Assembly: GCA_031408195.1 (NCBI GenBank)
Contig: JANNVL010000082.1
Coordinates: forward strand, 16,298-80,297
Direction of reading: 5' to 3'
DNA: 64,000 nt
Source of the DNA: Sphingomonadales bacterium
Lineage (GTDB): Bacteria; Pseudomonadota; Alphaproteobacteria; Sphingomonadales; Sphingomonadaceae
The position numbers and the translations under genes are program-made. Numbering within the stretch: position 1 is the stretch's first letter; each line of letters starts with the position of its first letter. This document shows, one piece after another, positions 37,250 through 45,912 of the stretch. The notes beneath the pieces are model-generated. The model made no database searches. It saw only the letters and a program-made list of their open reading frames with translations, and was not told the DNA's origin.

Positions 37250-38137
37250 ATGGTGCGACCATCGTTCCTCCTTGATCGGACCGACGCTAAGCTGTTCGTA
37301 TGCGGTCGCACAAACGGAACAATACCCGTTCTGATACTGGCAGCATTGCTCGGTATCGACGCGGATGTTGCGCGGGCCGAAGCACCGGTTGATCCTGCGA
37401 GGATGGCAACAGAAAGTTGCGATCCGCAGGCTGCATCGCAATCACCAACGGGCGTCTATGTGCCCGCAATACGACCCCCCGAAACATCCTCCGGCACCAC
37501 GCGATATCGCCCGCCGGGCGACTGGCCATGGCTCTGCCGATATCGTGCAGACAATCAGGCCGCCCTGACTCTTGCTCCGCCGGAAATCGTCTTCTACGGG
37601 GATTCAATCACCGAAAACTGGGCAAAGATCGACCCCGCTTTTTTCAGCCGCTCCGCCATCAATCGAGGCATCAGTGGTCAAACTTCTGCCCAGCTCCTCC
37701 TGCGGTTTTATCAGGATGTCGTCGCCCTGCGTCCTCGCAAGGTTCACATTGTCGTGGGAACCAACGATATCGCCGGCAATCCGGGCGCTCTCGACGCGCA
37801 AAGCTACAAGAACAACATGCTTGCCATGGTCGACCTTGCACGGATCCATCGTATCAAGGTCATCCTGGGCAGCGTTCCTCCGGCGGCACGCTTTCCTTGG
37901 CGGAGCGAAGTGCCAGCGCTGGTCAAATTCGAACCGGTGCGCGAAATCCAGGACTTGAACCTCTGGTTGCAGAGGCTTGCGAAGGAACGCAATCTCATGT
38001 TCGTTAACTATCACGACGCAATGGCCGATGTCGACGGCGCGATGCAGACCGCCTTGACGCGAGACGGGGTTCACCCAAACGCCAAAGGATATGAGGTGAT
38101 GCGCCGAATGGCAGTGACAGCGGTGGCGAAGCCATGA
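37250..38137 (+). CDS. SGNH/GDSL hydrolase (esterase/lipase), probably exported; start uncertain
   Basis: Blocks GDSIT, RGISG, GTND and DGVHP. ATGA overlap with the MFS gene. Confidence 0.88.
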   Translation: MVRPSFLLDRTDAKLFVCGRTNGTIPVLILAALLGIDADVARAEAPVDPARMATESCDPQAASQSPTGVYVPAIRPPETSSGTTRYRPPGDWPWLCRYRADNQAALTLAPPEIVFYGDSITENWAKIDPAFFSRSAINRGISGQTSAQLLLRFYQDVVALRPRKVHIVVGTNDIAGNPGALDAQSYKNNMLAMVDLARIHRIKVILGSVPPAARFPWRSEVPALVKFEPVREIQDLNLWLQRLAKERNLMFVNYHDAMADVDGAMQTALTRDGVHPNAKGYEVMRRMAVTAVAKP

Positions 38138-39408
38138 ATGCAAGTCGGCAAGATGAGCTTGGTCGGCACGCGCCGTGCGAGAGCCGGGGTAGGGCGAGCA
38201 TCCTCTCCCCGGCGCGCGCATGGACTTTGTTCGCGCTGCTCTGCGTCGCGGGCATTTTCAATCTTATGGATCGCCCGATCATTGCGATCCTGAAACCCGA
38301 TATGTCGGCCGATCTCGGCTGGACCGATGCCGAATTCGGGCGATTGGCGCTTATCACGCAACTCGCCGCCGCGTCCTCGTTCCTGTTCACCGGCTGGTTG
38401 ATCGACAAATTGGGCATCTGGCGCTCGATGGTCGCGGGTGTTTCAGCGTGGAGTTTCGCAGCGATGGCGCACGGCTGGGCGTTTGCCGGATGGCAGGTCG
38501 TTGCCGCGCGCGTTGGCCTCGGCGTCACCGAAGCGATGCAGACGCCGCTGACGGTCAAGACTGCCGCCACATTATTCCCGAAAGAACGCCGCTCGCTCGC
38601 GCTCGGCATCAATACGCTGATTGGCAGCGCGGGGACGATCCTGTTGCCGTTCTTCATCCCCATTATGGCTGTCACAATGGGCTGGCGCGGCGCGTTGCTG
38701 TTTGCAGGCATCGGCGGATTCGTAACGCTTGCCGCTTGGCTCGCGGTCGCGCGCGGGGTGAAGTTCGACGATGCGGCGGAGGACGAGCACCTCGATTTCT
38801 CCGACGATGGCAAGCCCTATGGCCCGATCCTGCGCGAGCGGCGGACATGGGCGATCGTCATTGCCAAGGCGCTGTCGGATTCGACCTTCTGGCTGCTGAC
38901 GTTCTGGCTGCCCGACTTTTACCGCAAGACCTTCGACCTTTCGACGTCCGAACTGGCCATTCCGATGGCGCTTGCCTTTGCAGGGTCTGCTATCGGCGGG
39001 CTGACGGCGGGGATCGTGTCGACGCGGCTGATCGCGCAGGGGTGGGATGTGCTGCGCGTTCGTCGCGTCGTTATGCTCGTTTCCGCCCTGATCGTCGTGC
39101 CGGTGCCCTTCGTGCTGCAACTGAACAGCATTTGGCCCATCGCCTTTATGATGGCGGTTGTGCTCGCCGGACACCAGGGATTCTCGTTGTCGATCTTTGG
39201 CCTCATTACCGATGTTGTGCCGCGCTCGAAGGTTGGGCGGGTGACCGCGTTCGGTGCGTTCTGCGGCAATGTCGCGGGCGGGTTACTGGTCTATGGCGTC
39301 GGCCTCGCTCTAACAGCGGGTTATAGCTTCACGCCGTTCTTCATGTTTGCGGCAGTGTCGTATCTGCTTGCAATCGGCTGGCTACGGATGGTTATGCCGC
39401 GCGGGTGA
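38134..39408 (+). CDS. MFS transporter (ExuT/ACS-like sugar-acid type)
   Basis: About 12 hydrophobic segments; MDRPII, GWLIDKLG, RVGLGVTEA, FPKERRSLA, FWLPDF. Confidence 0.85.
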   Translation: MNASRQDELGRHAPCESRGRASILSPARAWTLFALLCVAGIFNLMDRPIIAILKPDMSADLGWTDAEFGRLALITQLAAASSFLFTGWLIDKLGIWRSMVAGVSAWSFAAMAHGWAFAGWQVVAARVGLGVTEAMQTPLTVKTAATLFPKERRSLALGINTLIGSAGTILLPFFIPIMAVTMGWRGALLFAGIGGFVTLAAWLAVARGVKFDDAAEDEHLDFSDDGKPYGPILRERRTWAIVIAKALSDSTFWLLTFWLPDFYRKTFDLSTSELAIPMALAFAGSAIGGLTAGIVSTRLIAQGWDVLRVRRVVMLVSALIVVPVPFVLQLNSIWPIAFMMAVVLAGHQGFSLSIFGLITDVVPRSKVGRVTAFGAFCGNVAGGLLVYGVGLALTAGYSFTPFFMFAAVSYLLAIGWLRMVMPRG

Positions 39409-40454
39409 CCGAACGACGCAGCCTGCCGCTTGCCGCCGACCTTTATGGCGATCTGCTCGACGTTGCGCCTGCCGGGCCGGTCGGGCTGACTGCCTATTTC
39501 CCCGGGCTTGTCCTGACCATCGTGGCGGCGCTGGCGGCGGCTTATCTGTCCGAACATTACGGCGCGCCGATCATGCTGATGGGCTTGCTCATCGGCTTGG
39601 CGTTCAATTTCGCCAATGCCGATGTGCGCCTGCATCCCGGACTTGGGTTTGCCTCGAAGACCCTGTTGCGCTGGGGCATTGTGCTGGTCGGGTTGCAGGT
39701 GACTTTCGGCGAGATTGCGAGCCTCGGAGCACCTGCTTTCGCCGCCATTGCGGCAATGGTCGCGCTAGTGACGCTCAGCGGCACGGTCATGTCGAAATGG
39801 ATCGGACGCGGAGCCGCCTTTGGGACATTGGCAGGGGGCGCGGTTGCCATCTGCGGCGCGTCGGCCGCACTCGCGCTGTCGAGCGTGCTCGGTGAAAAGC
39901 GCACGTCGCAGGCGCAATTGACGCTGGTGCTGGTGGCGGTGTCGGCGGCGAGCGCGCTGGCGATGTCGCTCTATCCAGTGTTGGCGCAGTTGCTCGATCT
40001 AACCGACCGGCAGGCCGGGTTCCTGATGGGCGCGTCGATCCATGACGTCGCGCAAGCGCTGGGCGCGGGCTATTCCTACTCGCCCGAGGCCGGTGCGACG
40101 GCGACAGTCGTGAAGCTGACGCGCGTGGCATTGTTAGCACCCGCGCTTGCAGTCGTGGCCTACGCCTATCGCGACGAAGCAGGCGTGAAGCGCGGCGGCG
40201 TTGGCGTACCGTGGTTCGTGCTCGGCTTCCTGGGCCTGTGTGCCCTGCATTCGCTGGTCGCGCTGCCCCAGCCTGTGCTCGACGCGGCCAAACCAACTGC
40301 GACCGCGCTGCTGGTGCTCGCGGTGACTGCGACGGGCATCCGATCACCGATGAACCTGCTGCTCGAACAGGGGTGGCGCGCATCTATGCCAGTGATCGCG
40401 GCGACAATCGTATCGTTCGTGCTCGCGCTCGGTGCCGCGCTGATTCTCGTCTAA
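39405..40454 (+). CDS. YeiH/TauZ-family putative sulfite/sulfate exporter
   Basis: LLRWGIVLVG, GGAVAICGASAA, GASIHDVAQA, VVKLTRV, VPWFVLGF. GTGA overlap with the MFS gene. Confidence 0.85.
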   Translation: MTERRSLPLAADLYGDLLDVAPAGPVGLTAYFPGLVLTIVAALAAAYLSEHYGAPIMLMGLLIGLAFNFANADVRLHPGLGFASKTLLRWGIVLVGLQVTFGEIASLGAPAFAAIAAMVALVTLSGTVMSKWIGRGAAFGTLAGGAVAICGASAALALSSVLGEKRTSQAQLTLVLVAVSAASALAMSLYPVLAQLLDLTDRQAGFLMGASIHDVAQALGAGYSYSPEAGATATVVKLTRVALLAPALAVVAYAYRDEAGVKRGGVGVPWFVLGFLGLCALHSLVALPQPVLDAAKPTATALLVLAVTATGIRSPMNLLLEQGWRASMPVIAATIVSFVLALGAALILV

Positions 40455-40477
40455 TCATACCCGCCCGACTATCCCCA

Positions 40478-40539
40478 GTGTCACATTGCCGTAACGTCAG
40501 AGTCTCCGATCTGACGCCATAACTGCGCCGTCCTGTCAC
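40478..40539 (+). promoter_or_regulatory. Pho-box-like half-site array
   Basis: GTGTCAC (40478), CCGTAAC (40489) and CTGTCAC (40533) all lie on an 11-bp register. Confidence 0.65.
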
Positions 40540-40646
40540 ACGGCCCGCCTACCCGAGCCTCGGGACAGAAAAAGGGGCCGGTTGAGTCGGTCATCTTTCG
40601 CACCCTCGATATTCACTCGAAGCCGGTGCGCCGGAGCGGAGATTTT

Positions 40647-42230
40647 ATGGCCTCGTTCAAACGCTTTACCAAAGTCATGCTGTCGGGCGCGTCGTTCGCG
40701 GCGCTCGCGGCCTGTGGTGCCAGCGATATTGCTTCGCCAGGGACTGGCGGCAATGTCACGATCAACAATGTCACGCCTGCCCCGACGCCGACCCCCACGC
40801 CTACGCCGACCGGCGTGACCCCCGCTGGCGGTTGCCCGACGATTGCGTCGGATCAGGGCACGATTACTGGCACGACCGGTACCTATCGCGTCTGCCGTCT
40901 GCCCAATTTGATCACGTCGTCGATCAGCCTGCCCAAGGTTGCCGGGTTGCTTTACGAGCTCAACGGTCGCGTCAATGTTGGTTGCGATGGCGGCTTTGCA
41001 GCCCCGACCGCCGCTGCACCAGTGGCCTCTACAACGATCGGTTGCGGCAATCTGACTGCCGATACGGCAGTGACCCTGACGATTGCCCCGGGCGTCATCC
41101 TTTATGGATCGACCGGACAGTCATGGCTCGCCGTCAATCGCGGCAACCAAATCCAGGCCGTCGGCACGGCCGCAGCCCCGATCGTGTTCACGAGCCGCGA
41201 CAATGTTCTTGGCATCAATGATGACACATCGCAGGGGCAATGGGGCGGGGTTGTCCTGATGGGCCGCGGCGTCGTCACTGACTGCAACGTCGGCTCGACC
41301 GCCGCGAACACCTGCGAGCGCGACACCGAGGGCGCAGCCGATCTCGCGCGCTTCGGCGGCACGAACAATGCGTACAACGCGGGCCGGATGAGCTTTGTCC
41401 AGATCCGCTATTCGGGGTTCGTGCTCGGCGCGAACCGCGAGCTTCAGGCCTTGACGACCGAAGGTATCGGCACAGGCACAGTCCTGAACAATATCCAGTC
41501 GCACAACAGCTCTGACGACGGCGCGGAGTTCTTCGGCGGCGCGATCAACATGAAATACTATATTGCGACGGGGGCCGATGACGACAGCCTCGACGTTGAC
41601 ACCGGCGCGCAGATGAATGTCCAGTATGCGCTGCTCCTGCCACGGGCGACGAAGGGCGATGCGCTGTTCGAAATCGACAGCAACGGACTCGAAACCGACC
41701 TGCCGCGCACGCGCCTCAACGTCGCCAACTTTACCGCGATCCAGTCAGTAGCGAGCGCCGACAACGAGGCGAACGATCTTGCCGCCGCACTTTTCCGTGG
41801 CAATTCGGACACGACGCTGGTGAACGGCCTGATCATTACGCCGAACAACGAATGTATCCGGATGAACGGGTCCGGGACCACGCCGGTCACTCTGGCAGTC
41901 CGGTCGGTGGCGATGCAGTGTAACGCGACCAAATATCTCGGGTCGGGCTCGCTTACCGCAGCGCAGGTCGCCGCCGCATTTGCGACCGGCACGAATAACA
42001 ACAACGACAGTTTCACAGCGTCGCTCGCCAACGTTTTCATCAACGGCGCGAACGAAACCGCCGTGGTCGGGACCGATCCGAAGACAATCAATGCGTTCTT
42101 CGACACGACGACATGGGCCGGTGCGGTGCGAAACAGCACCGACACCTGGTACGCCGGATGGACCTGCAACAGCGCGACAGTGAATTTTGGTGCGGGTTCG
42201 ACGTCGTGCACGTCGCTGCCCACGACCTGA
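40647..42230 (+). CDS. Exported lipoprotein, ElpS-like by synteny
   Basis: Lipobox LAAC, PAPTPTPTPTPT linker, repetitive Gly/Asn/Asp beta-rich body with DDG/DDD motifs. First gene before the TBDR and gsp genes. Start ATG 40647. Confidence 0.7.
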   Translation: MASFKRFTKVMLSGASFAALAACGASDIASPGTGGNVTINNVTPAPTPTPTPTPTGVTPAGGCPTIASDQGTITGTTGTYRVCRLPNLITSSISLPKVAGLLYELNGRVNVGCDGGFAAPTAAAPVASTTIGCGNLTADTAVTLTIAPGVILYGSTGQSWLAVNRGNQIQAVGTAAAPIVFTSRDNVLGINDDTSQGQWGGVVLMGRGVVTDCNVGSTAANTCERDTEGAADLARFGGTNNAYNAGRMSFVQIRYSGFVLGANRELQALTTEGIGTGTVLNNIQSHNSSDDGAEFFGGAINMKYYIATGADDDSLDVDTGAQMNVQYALLLPRATKGDALFEIDSNGLETDLPRTRLNVANFTAIQSVASADNEANDLAAALFRGNSDTTLVNGLIITPNNECIRMNGSGTTPVTLAVRSVAMQCNATKYLGSGSLTAAQVAAAFATGTNNNNDSFTASLANVFINGANETAVVGTDPKTINAFFDTTTWAGAVRNSTDTWYAGWTCNSATVNFGAGSTSCTSLPTT

Positions 42231-42252
42231 TCGCAAACCACCTCAACACCGG

Positions 42253-42280
42253 CGGGGGCAGCTTCCTGGGGCTGCCCCCG
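42253..42280 (+). terminator. Intergenic stem-loop between lipoprotein and TonB receptor
   Basis: CGGGGGCAGC-TTCCTGGG-GCTGCCCCCG, 10-bp stem followed by TATTT. Confidence 0.55.
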
Positions 42281-42309
42281 TATTTGCACCCGAAATTGGG
42301 GGATTGAAA

Positions 42310-45000
42310 ATGTTGAAGCCGCTGCACCTCGCGCGGATATTGCTGGCATCGTCGGCGCTGGCAGCACCTTCGTTTGCGTTTGCGTTCGCGCAAGCCACCG
42401 CACCGGCGACGACCACGCCACCTGCTGACGCTCCGGCGACTGCCGAATCCGCTCCCGAAGCGCCCGCGCAGGAAGAGGTCGAAATTTCAGCGCCCGGTGC
42501 GAACGAGATTGTCGTGACGGGGCGGCGCGACCGTAACATTGCCAAGACATCGGATCAGGTCGTGTCAGTGCTCGGTGCCGCTGAAATCGCGCGCACAGGC
42601 GACGGCAACATCGCGGGTGCGCTCGGTCGCGTGACCGGCCTCAGCGTCGTCGGCAGCGGATTCGTCTATGTGCGCGGTCTTGGCGACCGCTATTCGCTGG
42701 CGCTGCTCAACGGGTCGCCTTTGCCCAGCCCCGAGCCGCTTCGCCGGGTCGTGCCGCTCGACATTTTCCCGAGCGGCGTTATCGCGTCGTCGCTTGTCCA
42801 GAAAAGCTATTCGGTGAACTACCCCGGCGAGTTCGGCGGCGGGGTCATCAACCTGACCACCCGCGCCGTCCCGCGCGAACCGTTCTTCAATGTCGGTATC
42901 GGCATGTCGGGCGACAGCGAAACGACAGGCAACATCGGCTATACCTATTATGGTGCGCGCTGGGACAATCTCGGCTTCGACAACGGCGTCCGCAACACGC
43001 CCGCGCCGCTCGCCGCTTTCCTCGCGAGTGGCGCGCGGACCAGCTCGGGCACCGTCAACACCTCGGCGATCGCCAATGGCCTCGTCACCGGCCAGAACGG
43101 CGTGATCCAGCGCTGGCAGGTAGCACCCAATTTTTCGGCGAACATTACCGGCGGGCGATCCTTTCCGCTTGGCACCGGGGAACTCGGCGTGATCGCCGCG
43201 GTGGGGTACAACAACAAATACACGACGCGGCAGGCGCTGCGTCAGGCGTCGCTCAGCGCCGATGTCTCGACGCTGGAGTCGAACTTCAACGAGGTCAACA
43301 CCGACCAGCGTATCGTCGTCAACGGTTTGCTCGGCCTCGGCTATGAGTGGGACGATCACAAGATCCGCATCACCAATCTCTATATCCGCGACACGATCAA
43401 GCAGGCGCGGCTGTCGCTCGGCAACCGTCAGGGAACCGGTGTCGATTACCAGCAACAGAAGACTGCTTGGTACGAACGCCAGCTGATCAACACGCAATTC
43501 GTCGGCGAGTATAAGCTGGCCGATGGGCTTCGGCTCGACCTGCGTGCGGCTTATGCCAATTCGCAGCGCGAAGCGCCCGGCGAGCTGTTCCTCGAGTATG
43601 TCCGCACCAATTCCACCGCCGATCCCCTCGGCCGGTTTTTCGTCAACCGTCTCAACAACGGCAATGGCGGTGATGCGCGCATCACTTATTCGGACCTGAA
43701 TGAAGATCTGTATTCGGCCAGTGCCGACCTCAGCTACCGTATCAATGACCGGCTGAGCGCGACCATCGGCGGGGCGTGGGGCGACACCAAGCGCACCAGT
43801 TCGCGTCGCGATTTCCAGTTTCAGGCACCCGGCAATTTCCCGAGCGGCGTCGGCCTATTGCGGCCCGACCTGCTGCTCGGCGCGAACGTCATCAATGCGT
43901 TCCGGATCGCGCTCATCGAAACCGACGAGGGCAACCCCGCGTTTTTTGCCCGGCTGAAGAATTATGCCGGCTATGCAAAGTTCAATGCCAAGTTCACTGA
44001 CACGCTCAGCCTCGATGCCGGTGTCCGCTATGAAAGCGCGACACAGACGGTGACACCGGTGCAGGTCTTTACGGTGCCGGGTGCATCGACCGCCGGAACC
44101 AGCCTCAAGCGCAACTATTGGTTGCCTGCCGCAACGCTGACCTGGGAGGTCGATAACGGGATGCAGGTGCGCCTCAGTGCTTCCAAAACCATCGCTCGCC
44201 CGCAGTTCCGCGAACTCATCAACCAGCCCTATTTCGACCCCGATTCCAACCGTCAATATCGCGGAAATCCGCTGCTGGTCGATAGCCAGCTCTACAATGC
44301 CGAAGCGCGCTTCGAATGGTATTTCGCGCCCGAACAGCGACTGTCGGTTTCGGGCTTTTACAAGAAAATCGACAAGCCAATCGAAGCGTTCATTACTGGC
44401 GGCGACCTCGTCACCTCGTTCGCCAACGCGCCGACGGCGACCTTGTACGGGGCCGAGGTCGAGTTCCAGAAGAATTTCAATCTTGACGGGCTGTTCAAGG
44501 CGGGTGGGCTGTCCGAACGGCGCATCGTGCTGACCGCGAATTACACCTACACCAAGTCGAAAATCAAAGTGGCAACGGGCGATACGACTTCGGTGTTCGG
44601 GGCGTTTTCGTCCAGAGCGTCGGACTATTTCCGCGATGGCGGGCCGCTGACCGGCCAGTCGGACCATATCGCCAATTTGCAGATCGGGTTGGAACACCCC
44701 GACCGGCTATCGCAACAGACGATCCTGCTCGGCTATTCGAGCAACCGCGTCATCAGCCGCGGCCTCAACGGTTCGGTTCCACAGCCCGACGTCATCGAGC
44801 GCCCCGGCTTTCGCCTGGATTTTGTCGCGCGTGAGGGGATTGAAGTACTCGGCAAGGAAATCGAACTGAAGTTCGAGGCACGCAATATCACCGGCCAGCG
44901 CCACGAGGAGTTTCAGCGGTCGGGTAACAACCGCATCGATATCAACAGCTATGCAGTGGGCACGACGCTGGCGCTGTCTGCGACGGTCAAGTTCCAATAG
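42310..45000 (+). CDS. TonB-dependent receptor
   Basis: Signal peptide, EIVVTG, YVYVRGLGDRYS, PLDIFP, NPLL/NAEARFEWY barrel motifs, terminal VKFQ. Start ATG 42310. Confidence 0.92.
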   Translation: MLKPLHLARILLASSALAAPSFAFAFAQATAPATTTPPADAPATAESAPEAPAQEEVEISAPGANEIVVTGRRDRNIAKTSDQVVSVLGAAEIARTGDGNIAGALGRVTGLSVVGSGFVYVRGLGDRYSLALLNGSPLPSPEPLRRVVPLDIFPSGVIASSLVQKSYSVNYPGEFGGGVINLTTRAVPREPFFNVGIGMSGDSETTGNIGYTYYGARWDNLGFDNGVRNTPAPLAAFLASGARTSSGTVNTSAIANGLVTGQNGVIQRWQVAPNFSANITGGRSFPLGTGELGVIAAVGYNNKYTTRQALRQASLSADVSTLESNFNEVNTDQRIVVNGLLGLGYEWDDHKIRITNLYIRDTIKQARLSLGNRQGTGVDYQQQKTAWYERQLINTQFVGEYKLADGLRLDLRAAYANSQREAPGELFLEYVRTNSTADPLGRFFVNRLNNGNGGDARITYSDLNEDLYSASADLSYRINDRLSATIGGAWGDTKRTSSRRDFQFQAPGNFPSGVGLLRPDLLLGANVINAFRIALIETDEGNPAFFARLKNYAGYAKFNAKFTDTLSLDAGVRYESATQTVTPVQVFTVPGASTAGTSLKRNYWLPAATLTWEVDNGMQVRLSASKTIARPQFRELINQPYFDPDSNRQYRGNPLLVDSQLYNAEARFEWYFAPEQRLSVSGFYKKIDKPIEAFITGGDLVTSFANAPTATLYGAEVEFQKNFNLDGLFKAGGLSERRIVLTANYTYTKSKIKVATGDTTSVFGAFSSRASDYFRDGGPLTGQSDHIANLQIGLEHPDRLSQQTILLGYSSNRVISRGLNGSVPQPDVIERPGFRLDFVAREGIEVLGKEIELKFEARNITGQRHEEFQRSGNNRIDINSYAVGTTLALSATVKFQ

Positions 45001-45012
45001 GACTCGCGGGCG

Positions 45013-45052
45013 CAGTCACAATCTTGTCGCATGTCGCCAGTGTATCCGTCAT
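45013..45052 (+). promoter_or_regulatory. Pho-box-like half-sites upstream of gspC
   Basis: CAGTCAC (45013), TTGTCGC (45024) and CCGTCAT (45046) on an 11-bp register. Confidence 0.5.
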
Positions 45053-45093
45053 ACAGCGACGCTGGTCAGCGGTTAGAAGGGCATCGGCGCAAC

Positions 45094-45912
45094 ATGCAAT
45101 TCAAGCTCGGCGCGTGGCCGGTCCGTGCCATAAGCGGCAAGTCGGGGTTTCCTGCCGCGACAATTGCCGATGTGCTTCTGATTTTTGCACTGGCGGGTGC
45201 GGCGGTGATGTTGTTCTGGGCGCTGTTCCGTCCGCTCGGACCTGTCGGCTCCTGGCAGGCAGTGCGTGGTGTACCGGTGGTGTCCGATCCGATGCTGCTC
45301 ACCCGCTTCGACCCCTTCTTCCGCAGCAGCGGGGCAAGCGGACCGACCACTGTCACGTCGCTGGCGCTGAAACTCTTTGGCATCCGCGTCGATCAGGCAA
45401 TGGGGCGCGGATCGGCAATTATCGCGACACCCGATGGCGTGCAGAGCAGCTATGCGGTCGGTGACGAGATCGTGCCGGGCGTGAAACTCAAGTCGGTGGC
45501 TTTCGACTATATCGTGCTCGAACGCGGCGGTGTGGACGAGCAATTGTTCCTCGACCAGTCGGTTGCCGCTCCCGTTGCCGGTGCTGCGGCTGCGGCACCC
45601 GGCGCAACGCCCGCGCCAGCCACTACGGCGCAATTGTCACCGCAAGCCCTTGCCGAGGGTATCGCCTTTGCGCCACGGAGCGAGAAGGGTGCCGCCCCCG
45701 GCCTCGTTGTGGCTCCAAAGGGAAGCGGCAATTTGTTCGCGCAATCCGGGTTGGTGCAGGGAGACGTCGTGACGCAAATCAACGGACAGCCGGTTCGGTC
45801 GGTCGATGATATCGCCAATGCGGTTGTGCGGGTGCCGCCGGGCGGTCGCCTGAATTTCATGATCGAGCGCAACGGCACGACGATGAATGTGTCCGCAGGA
45901 GCACCCAAGTGA
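45094..45912 (+). CDS. gspC: Type II secretion protein C with PDZ domain
   Basis: Single TM, HR domain (LFGIR...GSAII...Y.VGDEI), C-terminal PDZ (GLVQGDVVTQING). Start ATG 45094. Confidence 0.8.
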   Translation: MQFKLGAWPVRAISGKSGFPAATIADVLLIFALAGAAVMLFWALFRPLGPVGSWQAVRGVPVVSDPMLLTRFDPFFRSSGASGPTTVTSLALKLFGIRVDQAMGRGSAIIATPDGVQSSYAVGDEIVPGVKLKSVAFDYIVLERGGVDEQLFLDQSVAAPVAGAAAAAPGATPAPATTAQLSPQALAEGIAFAPRSEKGAAPGLVVAPKGSGNLFAQSGLVQGDVVTQINGQPVRSVDDIANAVVRVPPGGRLNFMIERNGTTMNVSAGAPK

